Part shown: one piece after another, positions 49,035 to 61,800 of the stretch
Layout: every line of letters starts with the position of its first letter
Position numbering within the stretch: position 1 is the stretch's first letter
Assembly (NCBI GenBank): GCA_001662655.1
Contig: KV460210.1
Strand: one strand, 5' to 3'
Length of the DNA: 64,000 nucleotides
Source: Pseudogymnoascus verrucosus
Lineage: Eukaryota
Made by a program: the position numbers and the translations under genes
The notes under the pieces: model-generated
The model's database searches: none
Told to the model about the DNA's origin: nothing
The model's input: the letters and a program-made list of their open reading frames with translations, nothing else

Positions 49035-50564
49035 CTATTCTGTCTCGTCCTCTTCGCCTTTTTCGTGGCTCTCATGATTGATGAAAAGGAACGAAAGAAC
49101 CATGACGAATGCTCCCACCCAATATAACCCGCTTGAATACTGCGAACTAATGATCATCTGCCCAACCAAAGATAGGGGGATGGTCAACGACAGTCCCACG
49201 GTGACCACCAGTGGAGTCGTAAGGAGCATCGCATACGCCCATGAGTAGTCGCTAACAAAAGACGACACTGTATTTAACTGTTTCTGTCAGCTCAGATCTC
49301 ATATATTGCCGTTGCTCGCATTCTAGAACATATCACGGCATGGATGTCTGGGGATAATTACCACAATAATTGTCCAAATCTTGCCTGTCGGGGGAAGTTC
49401 GAAGGTCTCAACCCCAGTAAAATGCAGGATAACAAATCCTGGCCAGAGTAAAATTACGTTGAATAGGCCAACCAACCCAAAGAAGAGCGGCATATTCACG
49501 CGGTCCTCGTTCTGGACTCGTTTCTTCATAACCACAGAGTACGCTCCGTACAACACAGCTGAGCCAAAGGCAAGGATATCTCCTACTTGCAATATTAGGA
49601 TTATGCTACTGCAAGGGTTAGGGATAGGCAATCCAGATGTTCTTACCTATAGCGATCTCTCTCTGGGACTTGTGTGGAAACTTGCCACGGTTGTCATCAT
49701 TCCCCCCAGACAAGTCTACCATGGATATCATTATGATACCAGTCAGACACGCAAGGACACCAACAAGCTTCTTGATGGTAAACTTTTCAACCTTGAGTAG
49801 TGCACCGAATATTAGCGTCCATATGCTGCTTGTAGATGTGAGAATAGTTGAGCTTGCAACGCTCGTATATTCAAGGCAAGCTGCAACGAAATAGTTTGCG
49901 AGAAACCAGAGAAAGCAGAATTCCAAGCTTAACACAGCGGTCTCACTTATAGTGAGGACGGCATTCTGCATCTCTCCTGCATCTAGAACCGATCCGCCGG
50001 TGCTGGAAGTTCCCAAAGCATCGCCTTGCAATAATGGCGCTGCAGAGTGCCCATCAAGATCTAGGTGCCCACCGTCTTCGTCTATATGCTGTTCGTTGCG
50101 GTATTTGCCTCTACGAAAGTGACGGAAGAATGAGACCGACGACGTTTTTATTTCACGGAATCCCTGTTGGTGGGCTACCCTCGATAGAATCGGGATCAAC
50201 GAAATGGCAAAAAACGACGTGTTGAAGTATGTGACAAAGTATGGCTTTGAATATGTGTTATCCGCGAAGATGTACTAAAGGCAATTAGTCGGCACAGTCT
50301 TTGAAGCCTAGCTGAAACACTCACACTCGCGAGGAAATTTGAGACCGTCCACAGTATAACGGTTATAAGAAGTAGGATAATGCCCAGTGTTCGGCGAGCC
50401 ACGTTCTGTAGTCCTGTACTAGCTCTGAAACCTGAAACCTTCGGGCTTGATTCCTCGGTCACGGAGCGCTCGAGATGTTCCTCTGACGCCCTATCGCTGA
50501 GGCGTTCAACTTCATATGTATCTGACACGCTTGTCAACGATGCAGGCTGGTCTCGCGAAGCCAT
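49035..50564 (-). CDS. DMT/EamA-family membrane transporter (Thi74/YML018C, SLC35F5-like). Exons 50564-50325, 50274-49647, 49582-49362, 49277-49035
   Basis: LGIILLLITVILWTVSNFLAS|YIFADNTYSKPYFVTYFNT, FCFLWFLANYF..ACLEYTSVASSTILTSTSS, G|DILAFGSAVLYGAY, FFGLVGLFN, SDYSWAYAMLLTTPLVVTVGLSLTIPLS. Confidence 0.88.
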
Positions 50565-51434
50565 GATGGACTTGCTGTGGATTTGCGGGGTACTGTGAAG
50601 ACTCGGATAACTCAGGGCCTCACTCTCATCAAGGCGAGCCAGGTTGTTCGATCCATGGAATGAGTTCGATGTCTGCCTTAGTTTGGTGGGATATTGCTCC
50701 TCCTCGAAGGGAAACGAGGGCGCAGCCGATTAATTCTTTTTCGAGAGATGCCTGTATGTACGGTTCGACGTGTCCTTATTCACGCAACTAGGCTGTTGAT
50801 TAGATCGACGAGACAGTGGGCGGAGACATGATAGTTTGTGCGACAAAGTCGTGTTCGCAATCTGTATTGGTGTTGTGAAGACGACATCACTCGGCTAGGG
50901 TACTCTTGTCTTATCTGTGCATTGACCATGGCGACCTACCCTTCAAGGTGCGTACTTTGACCTCCTCACCTCGACACCCTTATACTTTTGTCTACCCGCC
51001 TACTCGCACCCATGGGTTTCAGATTTCCAAGGGACATGGAATATTGGAACTAAACTACCGCCCCCCGTCGATAGGGTTTTATCACAATGCTTATGAAGGT
51101 AGAGACAAACAACAATATAGCAAGTATCCTCTGGATTAGACTTTGCCAGGCACCGGAATATAAGATACTGGAGTATGCTGTCTCCGAAGGCGGGAAGGAC
51201 GATTTGATCATTGCTTGTGAAAGACCCTGGAAATGATATGAAGAAATGAAACGCCATCTGCGCCGTTCAGCCAGTGATTCTATATACATGGCTGCGCTCC
51301 TCGCAAAATTGATTCCAGCTGCAAACGGCGCTGGAGGGCCAATATACCAGCTGTGTTTGAACCCACACGCACTCTACCAGACAACTGGAAATGCCTTGGT
51401 AGCGGACTCTGCAATTACCCAATATCTATAGCAC

Positions 51435-52451
51435 CTAACAAGCACATCCGTCTCTATCATTCTCCATGTGGATGTTGATCGGATCCCCAAAATCACCACT
51501 AAACTCCTCCGACTCCTCTTGCGCAAGAGCATTGCGAGCGATAACTGCGCTTCATGTCAGTGACTGGACTGCTGTGTAATGGTAGTTCCATGGGAGAATA
51601 CGCCTATTGCGTGATTGCCAACGTCTCAACGGGGAATATATCATACCTTCAAAAGCCTGTTCAACGTTTATCGCCTCTTTTGCGCTAGTTTCGAAATATG
51701 GTATGCCACCCTTCGACTGGCAGAAGGTCATTGCACGCTTTGATGAGATCTTGATCCACAGTTAGTTACGCCGTTGACCCTATAGCGCTCTCTGTTAACT
51801 TACCATGCGCTTGTTCTCTTCCACATCTATCTTGTTTCCAAGGACAACCTAGACCATATATTAGTTTAGACTTCAACGGGTTCCACAGAGGACTCACGAA
51901 TGGGAAATTTTCCGGGTCCCGTGGAGAGGCCTGGATCAGGAACTCGTCGCGCCAACTATCAAGAGTGTCGAAACTCTTCGAGTTATTTACGTCGTAGACC
52001 AGAACACAACAATCAGCTCCACGATAGAAAGCCACCCCCAATGATTGGAAGCGCTCTTGGCCAGCAGTATCCCATAACTGTAAACGTCAGCAGGCGCGTT
52101 CGCAAAACCTCGTCGTAGCAGGGTTGCCGTACCTGCATCGTCACCAAACGGTCGTCCACCAGCACCTCTTTTGTCAAGAAATCGGCGCCAATAGTTGCTT
52201 TGTAGCTCGCACTGAACTTCTTGTTGACCTAACCCAACGTCTATCAGTAAGAGTGCCTGCGACGCAGTATGCCCATGAGAGCCCTGCCAGAGAGGGTGGC
52301 ACGCACATATTGGTTCATCAAACTCGTCTTGCCTACACCACTGTCACCAAGTATAATAACCTGGCACAACCGCACTGTCAGATTGCCACATATGTCTGGG
52401 AGGCGATCCAAAGGCGCATACCTTCAAGAGGATCTTCTTTCTGGAAGCCAT
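51435..52451 (-). CDS. YPT7: Rab7 GTPase, 7 exons (6 introns)
   Basis: [49 protein letters not shown]...[24 protein letters not shown]...[11 protein letters not shown]...|ISSKRA...[22 protein letters not shown]...DRDGCAC*, with a CXC prenylation motif. Confidence 0.97.
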
Positions 52452-52862
52452 GGGAGCGAGTAATGATGTATGAAAGAGTCTGGGTTGGGCTCGATCAGTT
52501 GTCGATGTGACCTGCTCGAGTGTGCAATGTGAGGCACAGTAAATATATGGTATCAGCTCTTGACGTGTTGCCAAGCAAGAATAACAGAAGCAACAGTCAA
52601 AGGGTGTCTTGTGTTGTACCTTGGATCTATCCGATGTCGTGGGGAGAGCCTATGACCCCCAATTATGGGCAGTCTAAGCTTCAACCAATAAGCGAAGTTG
52701 GCTGCTTGCCTGCGACCAGGCTGCGATCGGCCAGGCTGGGATCCTGTAGTAATACCTCAGCCTTCCCCCCACGACCGTGACCACTGAAGGGGGCCCCCCA
52801 AATAGAACAACCAGTGCTACATCTCAAATGAGCCGCACACGCTCCCACAAATGCCGAGAATG

Positions 52863-53537
52863 ATGTCCTGGCGACAAGAATACCTAGAAAACCTAAAGCA
52901 ACGGGACGAGCTGGAGAAAGCAAATTATGATCTCATCGATGCCTGTGAGGCGCCCTGGTCCCCTAAGTTATCGGAGGGAAACTAACAGTGGCTCAGACAG
53001 CAGGCTTGCTGATCAGACAGCTGCATTAGAGGCCAAGGTATCCGCAAACTCGTCTTCTCCAATACCTACCTCGCCGGGAGACGATGCGCCTGGTTTAAGC
53101 AACCAGGAGGGAGTAGCACAAGTGAAGAGTAATCTGGCAGAAGCGCTCCGAGCAAAGGGACAACTACAGCGTCGTCTTAAGGTCACAGAAGAAACTTTGG
53201 AGGGGCTTAAAACTAGAGCCAAGGCAGATTCTACTCTTATTGGGGATCTATCTGCAGAGAGGGCACAGCTTATCTTGAAGGTCAAAGACAGAGACGAAGA
53301 GCTACGTGGAAAGGCTCAATTATTGGTGGTACCGTTCCCCACCCAGTTCCAGTTCAGTCGGAATACTTACACTATATACAGCAAGTCCAAGACGAAAACA
53401 TGTCTCTTGATTTACAACTTAACATGGCTGAACAGCAGACGGCTCGCTTGAAAAGGGAGAACAAAGACCTAATAGACCGTTGGATGGCTCGTATGGGCCA
53501 AGAAGCCGACGCAATGAATGAAGCCTCAAAATTCTAG
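52863..53537 (+). CDS. ATG16: Autophagy protein Atg16 (coiled coil). Exons 52863 (or 52851/52860)-52944, 52997-53328, 53382-53537
   Basis: [39 protein letters not shown]...[68 protein letters not shown], a typical fungal Atg16 C-terminus. Confidence 0.92.
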
Positions 53538-53701
53538 AGAATAATGGTATTGATGCGCTTTGCAATGACTGTAAGGATATGTCAATACCGCTCAAAATGC
53601 AACTTCCCAGCTTAACACGTTCCTCAGACACCAAACCTCTCAACCCTCTCATCGGTTGCATTAGTTATGAAAGGCCTCGGCCAAATCACAAACTAGTCCA
53701 C

Positions 53702-55220
53702 TCAACTGCGATCACCATACAATTGTAACCTTGTGCTGTCCTTGGTCGAGATGTAGTAATTTCCTCCTTCATCCTTCCAGCTGACGCTCTTAGTAGAATA
53801 TGCCTTCTTTGCAACATCTAAGATATTGGAGGGATCGTTGTTGTTGTAGTTGCTGATCTTCCGATTTTCCGGCACGAAAGACTTCAGTGAAACAATCTTA
53901 CAGCCTTCTTTAAGATCAAGGAATAGGTTGACCAGACTGACGTTTAACTCTGGTGTGAATACTTCATTGTTCACAAGGACAACGTCTGCTCTTTGGAGAG
54001 CTGCCCGTATTTCTTCGTTCACCATGAAATCTCCACGTTCAAGCCTTGTCAACCCCGGTTGGAGCCCCCAGAGCCGACAACGAGCTTCAAATTCTGCCTT
54101 CTGAGCTTCGGCTATTGAACATGCATTTTCCATGATCTCACAGCCCCAGCTTTCGCAGCCAACCTGCAACGCAGCCTGGAGCACGACATTCGCAACGCCC
54201 GAACCGAGATCTACAAATACTTGCTTGGAGGTTATCTTCGTCTCGGCAAGAATTTTGTACACGAGATTAGATTTAAGCTCCCCGTAAATCTCGTTGGTGC
54301 CGTTTTCGTATTTCCTAAGGAGATCGACCTTTGGAGAGACCGCTCGATCATACGTCTGGGCCATAATTCTAACGACGAGGCTCTCAGAAACGCTATGCTT
54401 CTTATCGAGTACCGTTGCAATATCCTCTCCATTTCGCAATGACTCTACTGCAGAGTTGTAGTCGATAAGGGCACTCTTAAACCCCTCTAACGAACCGAGG
54501 TTTCTTGCACGTTCAAGTCGCCGGATAATACCAGTGTCTGGATCCACGAATGGCTCTGCTTTTCCGTCATCAAGGAAGAAGTCGGTGAAGTCCTTTATTA
54601 CTCCTAGGATTTCCTCCACAGGGTCGAATGAATCTTTTTTGAACACTAGCTCGTACCTGTATTGATGTCAGCAGTGGCGTTTCCGGTATGAAATATGAAG
54701 CCCACCTTTCAGCTATTGAGCTTCCAGGGTACTGCAGACACACTGGAGCCCCTTCCAAAGTTGTATCCCCAAAAGCGGCCCGGTAACCAAGTTTATGAGA
54801 GGCGATATCGGCGGCATGAATTAACAGTGTAGAATCTATTTGCGAAAACTGCTTTCGTGACGGAAGAGTTCGGTTTGGATCGTCCAACTCCGCTGGCGTC
54901 AGCCTCTGCCTTTTATTGACTGGCGGCGACTCTTGGCCTTCATCTTCGCTTGAGTCACTTTCTATCCTCTGGTATACTGGAGATCGTTTGCGACTGGTGG
55001 ATCTTTCGGGAAGGCTGAGTTTCGTCGAATAACTATCCTTTCGCGAACTTCTGCTTGTCTGTCCCAAGGATTTCGACCTGGGCAGACTCGACGCTAGGCG
55101 CGCTTCACTTTGTAAACGAGACGGCGCCCTGTTTATGGTCCCTGGTGATGCTTTGATAGGGACGGTTTCTGTTCGAATCTTTTGCTTCGAGCTAGAGGGG
55201 TTTTTGTTCCAAAAAGACAT
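53702..55220 (-). CDS. DOT1: Histone H3-K79 methyltransferase. Exons 55220-54706, 54656-53702
   Basis: LQYPGS...ER|YELV, QTYDRAVSP...LRKYENGTNEIYGEL, VFVDLGSGVANVVLQAAL..GCESWGCEIM, GDF...ADVVLVNN, LKEGCKIVSLKSF, SVSW....G.YYI. Confidence 0.95.
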
Positions 55221-55799
55221 GTGATTAACGAGCGTTGCAGATGGCGATCTTCCAAAACAATAAATATCCAACAAAGAGACTGGTACAAGAAGAATCAAAG
55301 CAATAAAATATCGATGTTGTGGAATAAGCAGAATTGAGGGTCCAGCCTTGTCCATGATGCGCTTCGGCGTTTCTTCAAGGGTCGCACCGGTCGGAAAACC
55401 TTTTATCCGCTGTCTTTGTGGTTTGCCACCGAGGTGGCGGCCAAGTTTATGGCCAAGATTATGGAGGGGCTGGACATAACAACAGCGGTTACAGCAACTA
55501 TAGTCTATGTAAAGGTGTTCAATTGCTTGGGGCCACGATATTTAAGCTAGCTACTGGCGGGTGAAACTGAAGGAAAAGCACCATGGATTTAAATTGCTGA
55601 TATTGATCCTAATCTACATCTATAGCCCCACTTCATACCCTAGGACGACATCCACATGAAGCATATCAAATATATTGTATTTATTCCTCTAATTTGAAAT
55701 AATAAAATAAATAGCATGCCGCCTCTAATTGTGCAGAATCCCTGGGTATTTTCCGAATGTAATATGCTTAACTCCAGACACCATCCGCAACGCGACCAG

Positions 55800-58421
55800 T
55801 CATAGCTTTGATTTAATAACCTCAAGTCTATACTTGACATCCTTCAATACCTTAGTAGTGGGCTTCCACTCCTCAAACTGCAATAGAAGCTCCTTAGCCT
55901 CCTGGTCTAGCTCCGTTTTAACAACATCTTCTTCTAGCAGCCCTCTCATACTCCAAGGTAACTGGAAGGGATTAGAGCTGCTAGTTGCCGCACTCCTTTG
56001 GACCTTTAGATCAACATTTTGACCGACTGATGTCGTCTCCAGCGCAAATTGGACACTTAAGCTAGAGCGTTTATTAGCGAGGTTAATCATGCAACAAATG
56101 GGAAGCAACGCACTCATAAATGGCCTCTTCGTCATACAGCCTTGAATGCCCTTCGCCACTATAAAGACTACCAGCTAATGGGGCGGAAAGCGCCTTGATG
56201 AGTTGATGATCTGATACTCCTAGGTTCCGCAATTTCAAAGCGAAACCTACCAGATTTGTGATGCTAGATACTATTAGCTGTGACATAAAAACAAGGGTGG
56301 GATCGTACAAATCGGGAGCATGGATGCGGCCATCTACAAAAACTGAACGGTAGATGTAGGGGTGATCCACTGGTGAGAACACAGCCGACTGTCCTGTTAG
56401 CCCTAGCCCAACTAACGTATTTAGATTCCTCATACCTCTAGAGAAACAAGCTGATCATCAATGCTGCCGACATAAGTTACTCGCACCCCATATTTCAGGG
56501 CAACACCAAGAGACTCGTGGTAGCTCCGAGAAACGTCACTGTCCGGGTCTGCGAAGTCGAACAGTTCCGCAGCGCTGCCGCTAAATAGTCGTGACTTATA
56601 ATCTGTGAATGGCCCAAGTGAGACACCAGCTAGAGCACCGGACTGGTTAGTTACCTGAATATCAAATCGTACGGGGAAATCCTGTGTTAGCTTACCCATA
56701 GCACAGACACCAATCTTCGCCGAGGTCACTACCCCAAGGTTTATGAGCTTTGCAGTTAGCATCATCGCAACAGGAACCCCTTGGCTGTGACATGACACAA
56801 GGATGAAGTCAGCTTGCCGAACGTGTTCGACCCAATTTAGAAGAAGCTTCCATAGATGGTCAACGCGTTCCGCAATCTTCCCTTCACCTTCAAGAGCAAT
56901 CTTCTCAATATCACACTGGACCCCCATTTTTACAGCCCATCTCTCAATAGCAGAGGCCCCATGGTTTGCAAATCGAATCGAAGTTCCTGTCGGTTGCCCA
57001 ATCACTGTCCTCAAGAGAGCGGCTGGAAATAACCCATGTATTCCGATTGCAATTGCTTTCTTGATCTTGGGTGGGTCCTTGATTACAAAAAGATGGTTCG
57101 TCGGAGGTTGGTGGCTACGAAATAACAGACGGGCGATTTGCTGTATTATTGACGGGCTCTCTGCTAGATGGTAGGTATTTCTGAAAGAAGGGAGTAATAG
57201 ATTCGGAGCGATGGATTTTGTAGAAGAGGAACTCGTGACTGCAGCCGTCTTAGCTGGTAACTCTGGTCCTGCTTTCGCGGTTTTAGGCCCGTTGGACAAA
57301 GCCGCCACTGGATGTTCTTGCGACGGTTCTCCAGTAACAGCGATCTCCCCCATCTCATCAGAATTGGTTGTTTGTGAAGTTGCGCTTGGAACCTGTCTAG
57401 ACCAGAAAGCCCAGCTAGAGCCGGTGGTTGTAGCGTTGCTACTTTGTTCGTTATCTTTGCCCATAGTTAAATCTGGCTTTATGAGTTCTTGTTCGCTGTT
57501 ATTTTCTTCGGGCCGAGCAACTGTGATAGTGGAGTTAGATACAGGCCATAACCCCGGCCAGCGGCTGTTTGGCTCTGTTCGCCTATGTTGGCCGGTTTCT
57601 GCGTTCTGTCGAGGATCAGTAGCAACAGTTGAAGCCAATGGAGATTGCGGCTTCGTTTTGTCGACTGAAGATGGCACATTATTGGATGGTTGCTGAGGTT
57701 CATCGACAGATGGGACAGCTTCTTCAGCAGCAACTGATCCATGTTGGACGTTATGTCCGGCTTTTGTGGGCCGCAGCCACTCTAACCACCCAGTTTCTTT
57801 TGGTCGTTCCACAACGTTGTCTGATTCAGGCTTTGAATTATCAGACTCGGGCTCAACAACAGTATCTGTCGATTTCGATTCGTCGCCAGTAGGCTTCGCG
57901 GAATGTGTTGTCGGTCCGTTCGCAGTGTCATAAGTGCCTCTAGTGGTATCTTTGATCGAGGGTTCTCCGGAGACGAGCTCAAGTGTCTCTTTGCTTTTCC
58001 CGGGATCCATAGATGCTGGGCGAGAGACAGTGGCTTTGGAGGGTTGTGGCCCCGCCGGAGTTCTTTGCTCGAATAGCGCAACATCGGCTGGCCGGGAGTT
58101 GTTGCCAGATTTGCCAGCCATAATAGATTCCTTTACGACCTGTATAGATGGATTCGATTTTATCCCCGATTTTATCCTCGGCCAGGACCCTCCACCATAC
58201 CAGCTGCGGGGTTGGATCTGGTTCAGTCAGTGAGTAGCCCATCGCCGACTCCAGGAACGGGTGCAAACCTCTCCTGTAGTTGTCGTTGCAGGCCTTATAT
58301 TCTTGGTACCATCTGTATCGTTCGGGGTTTGAGAAGCCGCAGTTGCCTTCAGGACGCCTTGACGACTGGCGCGCGTACTTTCATCGTCGGAGTTTGACTG
58401 TCGTGGTTTCTGTGAGGCCAT
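55800..58421 (-). CDS. YML020W-like protein with an alpha/beta-hydrolase-like C-terminal domain. Exons 58421-58269, 58217-56696, 56629-56436, 56386-56114, 56061-55800
   Basis: KKAIAIGIHGLFP...IGQPTGTSIRFA...IALEGEGKI..RV...ILVSCHSQGVPV...M|AGVSLGPF...YVGSIDDQLVSLE|SAVF...HPYIYRSVFVDG...LRNLGVSDH.LI..LS.PLAGSLYSGEGHS...NPFQLPWSMRG...W.PTTKVLKDVKYRLEVIKSKL*. Confidence 0.85.
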
Positions 58422-58801
58422 GAGGCCTTGAGGTAGTTTCTCCACTCGTTATTACTATGCAGGTTGCAATAAGTAAATATATATTTCACGGAGCTTAATA
58501 TTTAAAGGAAAGCTACTTGGATCTTCATAAACGGTTGCACATCCATGAGTGCCGTTAACTTAGGTACGGCGCGTTAGTTGCTGTACCATTGGTGGTTTGA
58601 CTGGTGCCTCGGAGCTTCGTCATAAGCCAACACCAAGGCACACATTAAGTGGTCCGTGTGGCGCGCGGGGCTAGTCAGATAACGAACTCGGTGAAAAGCG
58701 GCAGAAACATAAATAATTCTTATTTTCTACTAACTTCCTGTTTCGAGGAAAGGCAAGTAGAAAAGTAAATTTGCTTGGAGCAAATTCCACACACGACAAT
58801 C

Positions 58802-61800
58802 ATGGGGCCGATCAAAAGAAAGACGGGGCCCACGAATGATTCATTTGTTCGATCAAAGAAGGTCGGCGAAAATGATAACAGACCGCAAAAGAGACTGCGA
58901 CAGGAGGACACTGGAACCTCTAATACAGCAAAGCCCAACAGCGGAACTACCACTCTACCGACTGCACATGTTCCCAAAATTGCAAAAGCCAGAGAAGAAG
59001 AGGCTGCCTTCCCACGTGGAGGCGCAAGCGTCCTAACACCTCTGGAGCACAAACAGATTAACATCGACGCGACCAGAGATGTCCTGTTCGAACATGAGAC
59101 CGCATCAAGGGCGAAAGCTGATGGGGATTCAGAAGCGGCTACTACCCATGGAGGGAAGAAGCGCAAGCAAAAAAGCAAGGGAACCAAGGACGCAAATGTG
59201 AAGGGGGACGAAGGTGACGACATAAGGATCGAGGGTCTAAGTTACAAGGTTAGTACCTCTCTTGAGCAGGCAAATGTGGTTTATGCTAATGTCGAACAGC
59301 GCCTCGTCCCAGGGTCATTGGTACTTGGGCAAGTCTCGAAAATAAATATTCATGATATAGCTCTAGCACTTCCAAACAACCTAACTGGTTATGTCCCCCT
59401 AACCTCGATATCGGGGAAGTTGACGGAAAGGGTTGAAAGGTTGGTGGCAGCAGATGACGGAGCAAGCGACGACGATTCTTCGAGTATAGCAGATGACATT
59501 GATCTCAACGACCTATTCTCAGTTGGTCAGTACCTGCGAGCGTTCGTTGTTTCTACGAACGAGAGCAATGCATCTGGCGCTGAGGTCGGGAAACGGCGCA
59601 TTGAGCTCTCTCTTCAGCCTCAGCAAGCCAATAGCGGCATTACTGCGAAAGAACTGGCCCCGAACAGCATGATAATGGCATCAGTGGTCAGTGTTGAAGA
59701 TCATGGTATTATTATGGACATTGGGTTGCAGAAATCTGCCATTGGAGGGTTCATGTCCTCCAAAGAGATCGGGTACGCCATCGAGATGAATACGATACAG
59801 GAAGGTGCAGTTATGCTGTGCATGATCACAGGCCTCAGTTCCAATGGCAAAATTGTCAAGTTGTCGGCAGACCTTCAAAAGATCGCCAATTCTAAGAAGC
59901 CGACGTACTTGAGCGACGCACCGACTGTCGATGCCTTTTTACCGGGAACGGCGGTCGAATTTCTCCTCACAGATATCACGCCCAGGGGTGTGGCTGGCAA
60001 GGTTATGGGCAGCATCGATGTGACAGCCGACTTAATACACTCTGGACTCGGTAACGCTGGAAAGGACCTAGAGAAGAAATACAAGGTCGGCAGCAAAGTC
60101 AAAGGCAGAATTATCTGCACATTCCCAAATGTTGAACCCAGGAAACTTGGCATCTCCCTACTGGATCATGTTATGTCCCTCTCGACACAGCAGGCACAGA
60201 AGAACGCACAGAAACACGATCCTCTTCAGATCCTCCCATTATCCAGCATCATTGAAGAAGCGACAGTCAAAAAAGTTCAACCAGGAATAGGCTTATTCGT
60301 TGACATCGGAGTTAAAGGGGTGAATGGTTTTGTGCATATTTCGAGGGTTGCAGATTCAAAAGTCGAAACACTTTCTGAATCAGTCGGGCCTTACAAAGTT
60401 GACTCAACCCACCGGGGCAGAGTTGTCGGGTATAACTCACTGGATGGAATCTATCTCGTGTCTCTGGAGCAGAGGATCCTTGAACAGCCATTTTTGCAGA
60501 TCGAAGACCTAACCATTGGCGAGGTTGTCAAGGGAAAGGTGGATAAGCTACTTATCAACGAAGCCGGTATTGGTGGCCTGTTTGTCAAACTTGCCGACGG
60601 TATCACCGGCCTTGTACCAGAAATGCATATGGCTGATGTCAAATTTCTTCACCCCGAGAAGAAATTCAAAGAAGGCCTTAGTGTCACTGCCCGTGTCCTT
60701 TCGACGGACTTGAGCAAGCGCCAGTTTCGCCTAACATTGAAAAAGGCGTTGGTTAACTCTGAAAGCCCCGTTTTCAAGTCATACGAAGATATTGAACCTG
60801 GCTCGCAAAGCCCGGGGACTATAATCAGCATTCTACCTGGCGGAGCAGTTGTCCAGTTTTATGGTACTGTTCGTGGCTTCCTACCAGTCTCGGAGATGAG
60901 CGAGTCATACATACAGGATCCTAGCCAACACTTCCGCGTTGGGCAAGTCGTCAATGTTCATGTCCTAAATGTTGACCCTGCAGCCGCAAGACTCACAGTT
61001 TCCTGCAAAGATCCGGCAGCCTTTGGGCTCTCACAACAAAGTGCGCTGAAGAAGCTTCGAATTGGCGAAATAGTTTCCGCCACCGTGACGGAGAAGTCCA
61101 ATGACGACATATCGGTTGAACTTGAACTCTCTGGTCTGCGGGCTATACTCCCTGTCGGGCATCTTACGGATGGCTCGGAGGCCAAAAACTTGTCAGCTTT
61201 CAAGAAGATAAGGGTGGGACAGACGCTCCAAAACCTGGCTGTCATTGACAAAGTCGAAAAGAACCGACTCATAACTCTTACAAACAAGTCCAGCCTAGTT
61301 AAAGCAGCGAACGAGAGAACTCTGTTACGAGAGTTTGCCGATGTTAAGGAGAGCAAGATTGTGCATGGTTTTGTGAAGAACATCACACCTACAGCAGTTT
61401 TTGTCCAATTTGGAGGTGGAGTTACTGGGCTTTTGCCAAAGTCTAAATTACAAGATGAGGCTCAGACTCTGCATGATTTTGGCCTCCGCCGCCTCCAATC
61501 ATTGACGGCCAAGGTCCTCTCTGTTGATCAAAGCGAGAAACGATTTCTGCTGTCTGTCAAAGACATTAACATCCCGGTACCATCCGTCGATGGCGAGTTG
61601 GTACACCGTGGCGAATCCCAGAAGGCTGTTAACCCAGTTGATGAAAGCATAACTGCTGCGGAAGACTTTACGTTGGGCAGGGTCACGATGGCTAGGATCG
61701 CCTCGGTCAAAGAAACCCAAATTAATGTGCAGTTGGCCGACAATATCCAAGGCAGAATCGATGTATCTGAAGCTTTTGGATCTTGGGAGGAGATCAAAGA

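Noticed and set aside
49278..51430. TPP riboswitch in or upstream of the THI74-like transporter
   Set aside because: No aptamer core (CUGAGA...CUUGA with paired stems) was visible by eye. An Infernal search with the Rfam TPP model would be decisive.
55790..55802. Stop-codon readthrough signals giving cryptic extensions
   Set aside because: None of the stops I checked has the TGA-CTA context. The YML020W-like stop is TGA-CTG, and readthrough would only mask its SKL.
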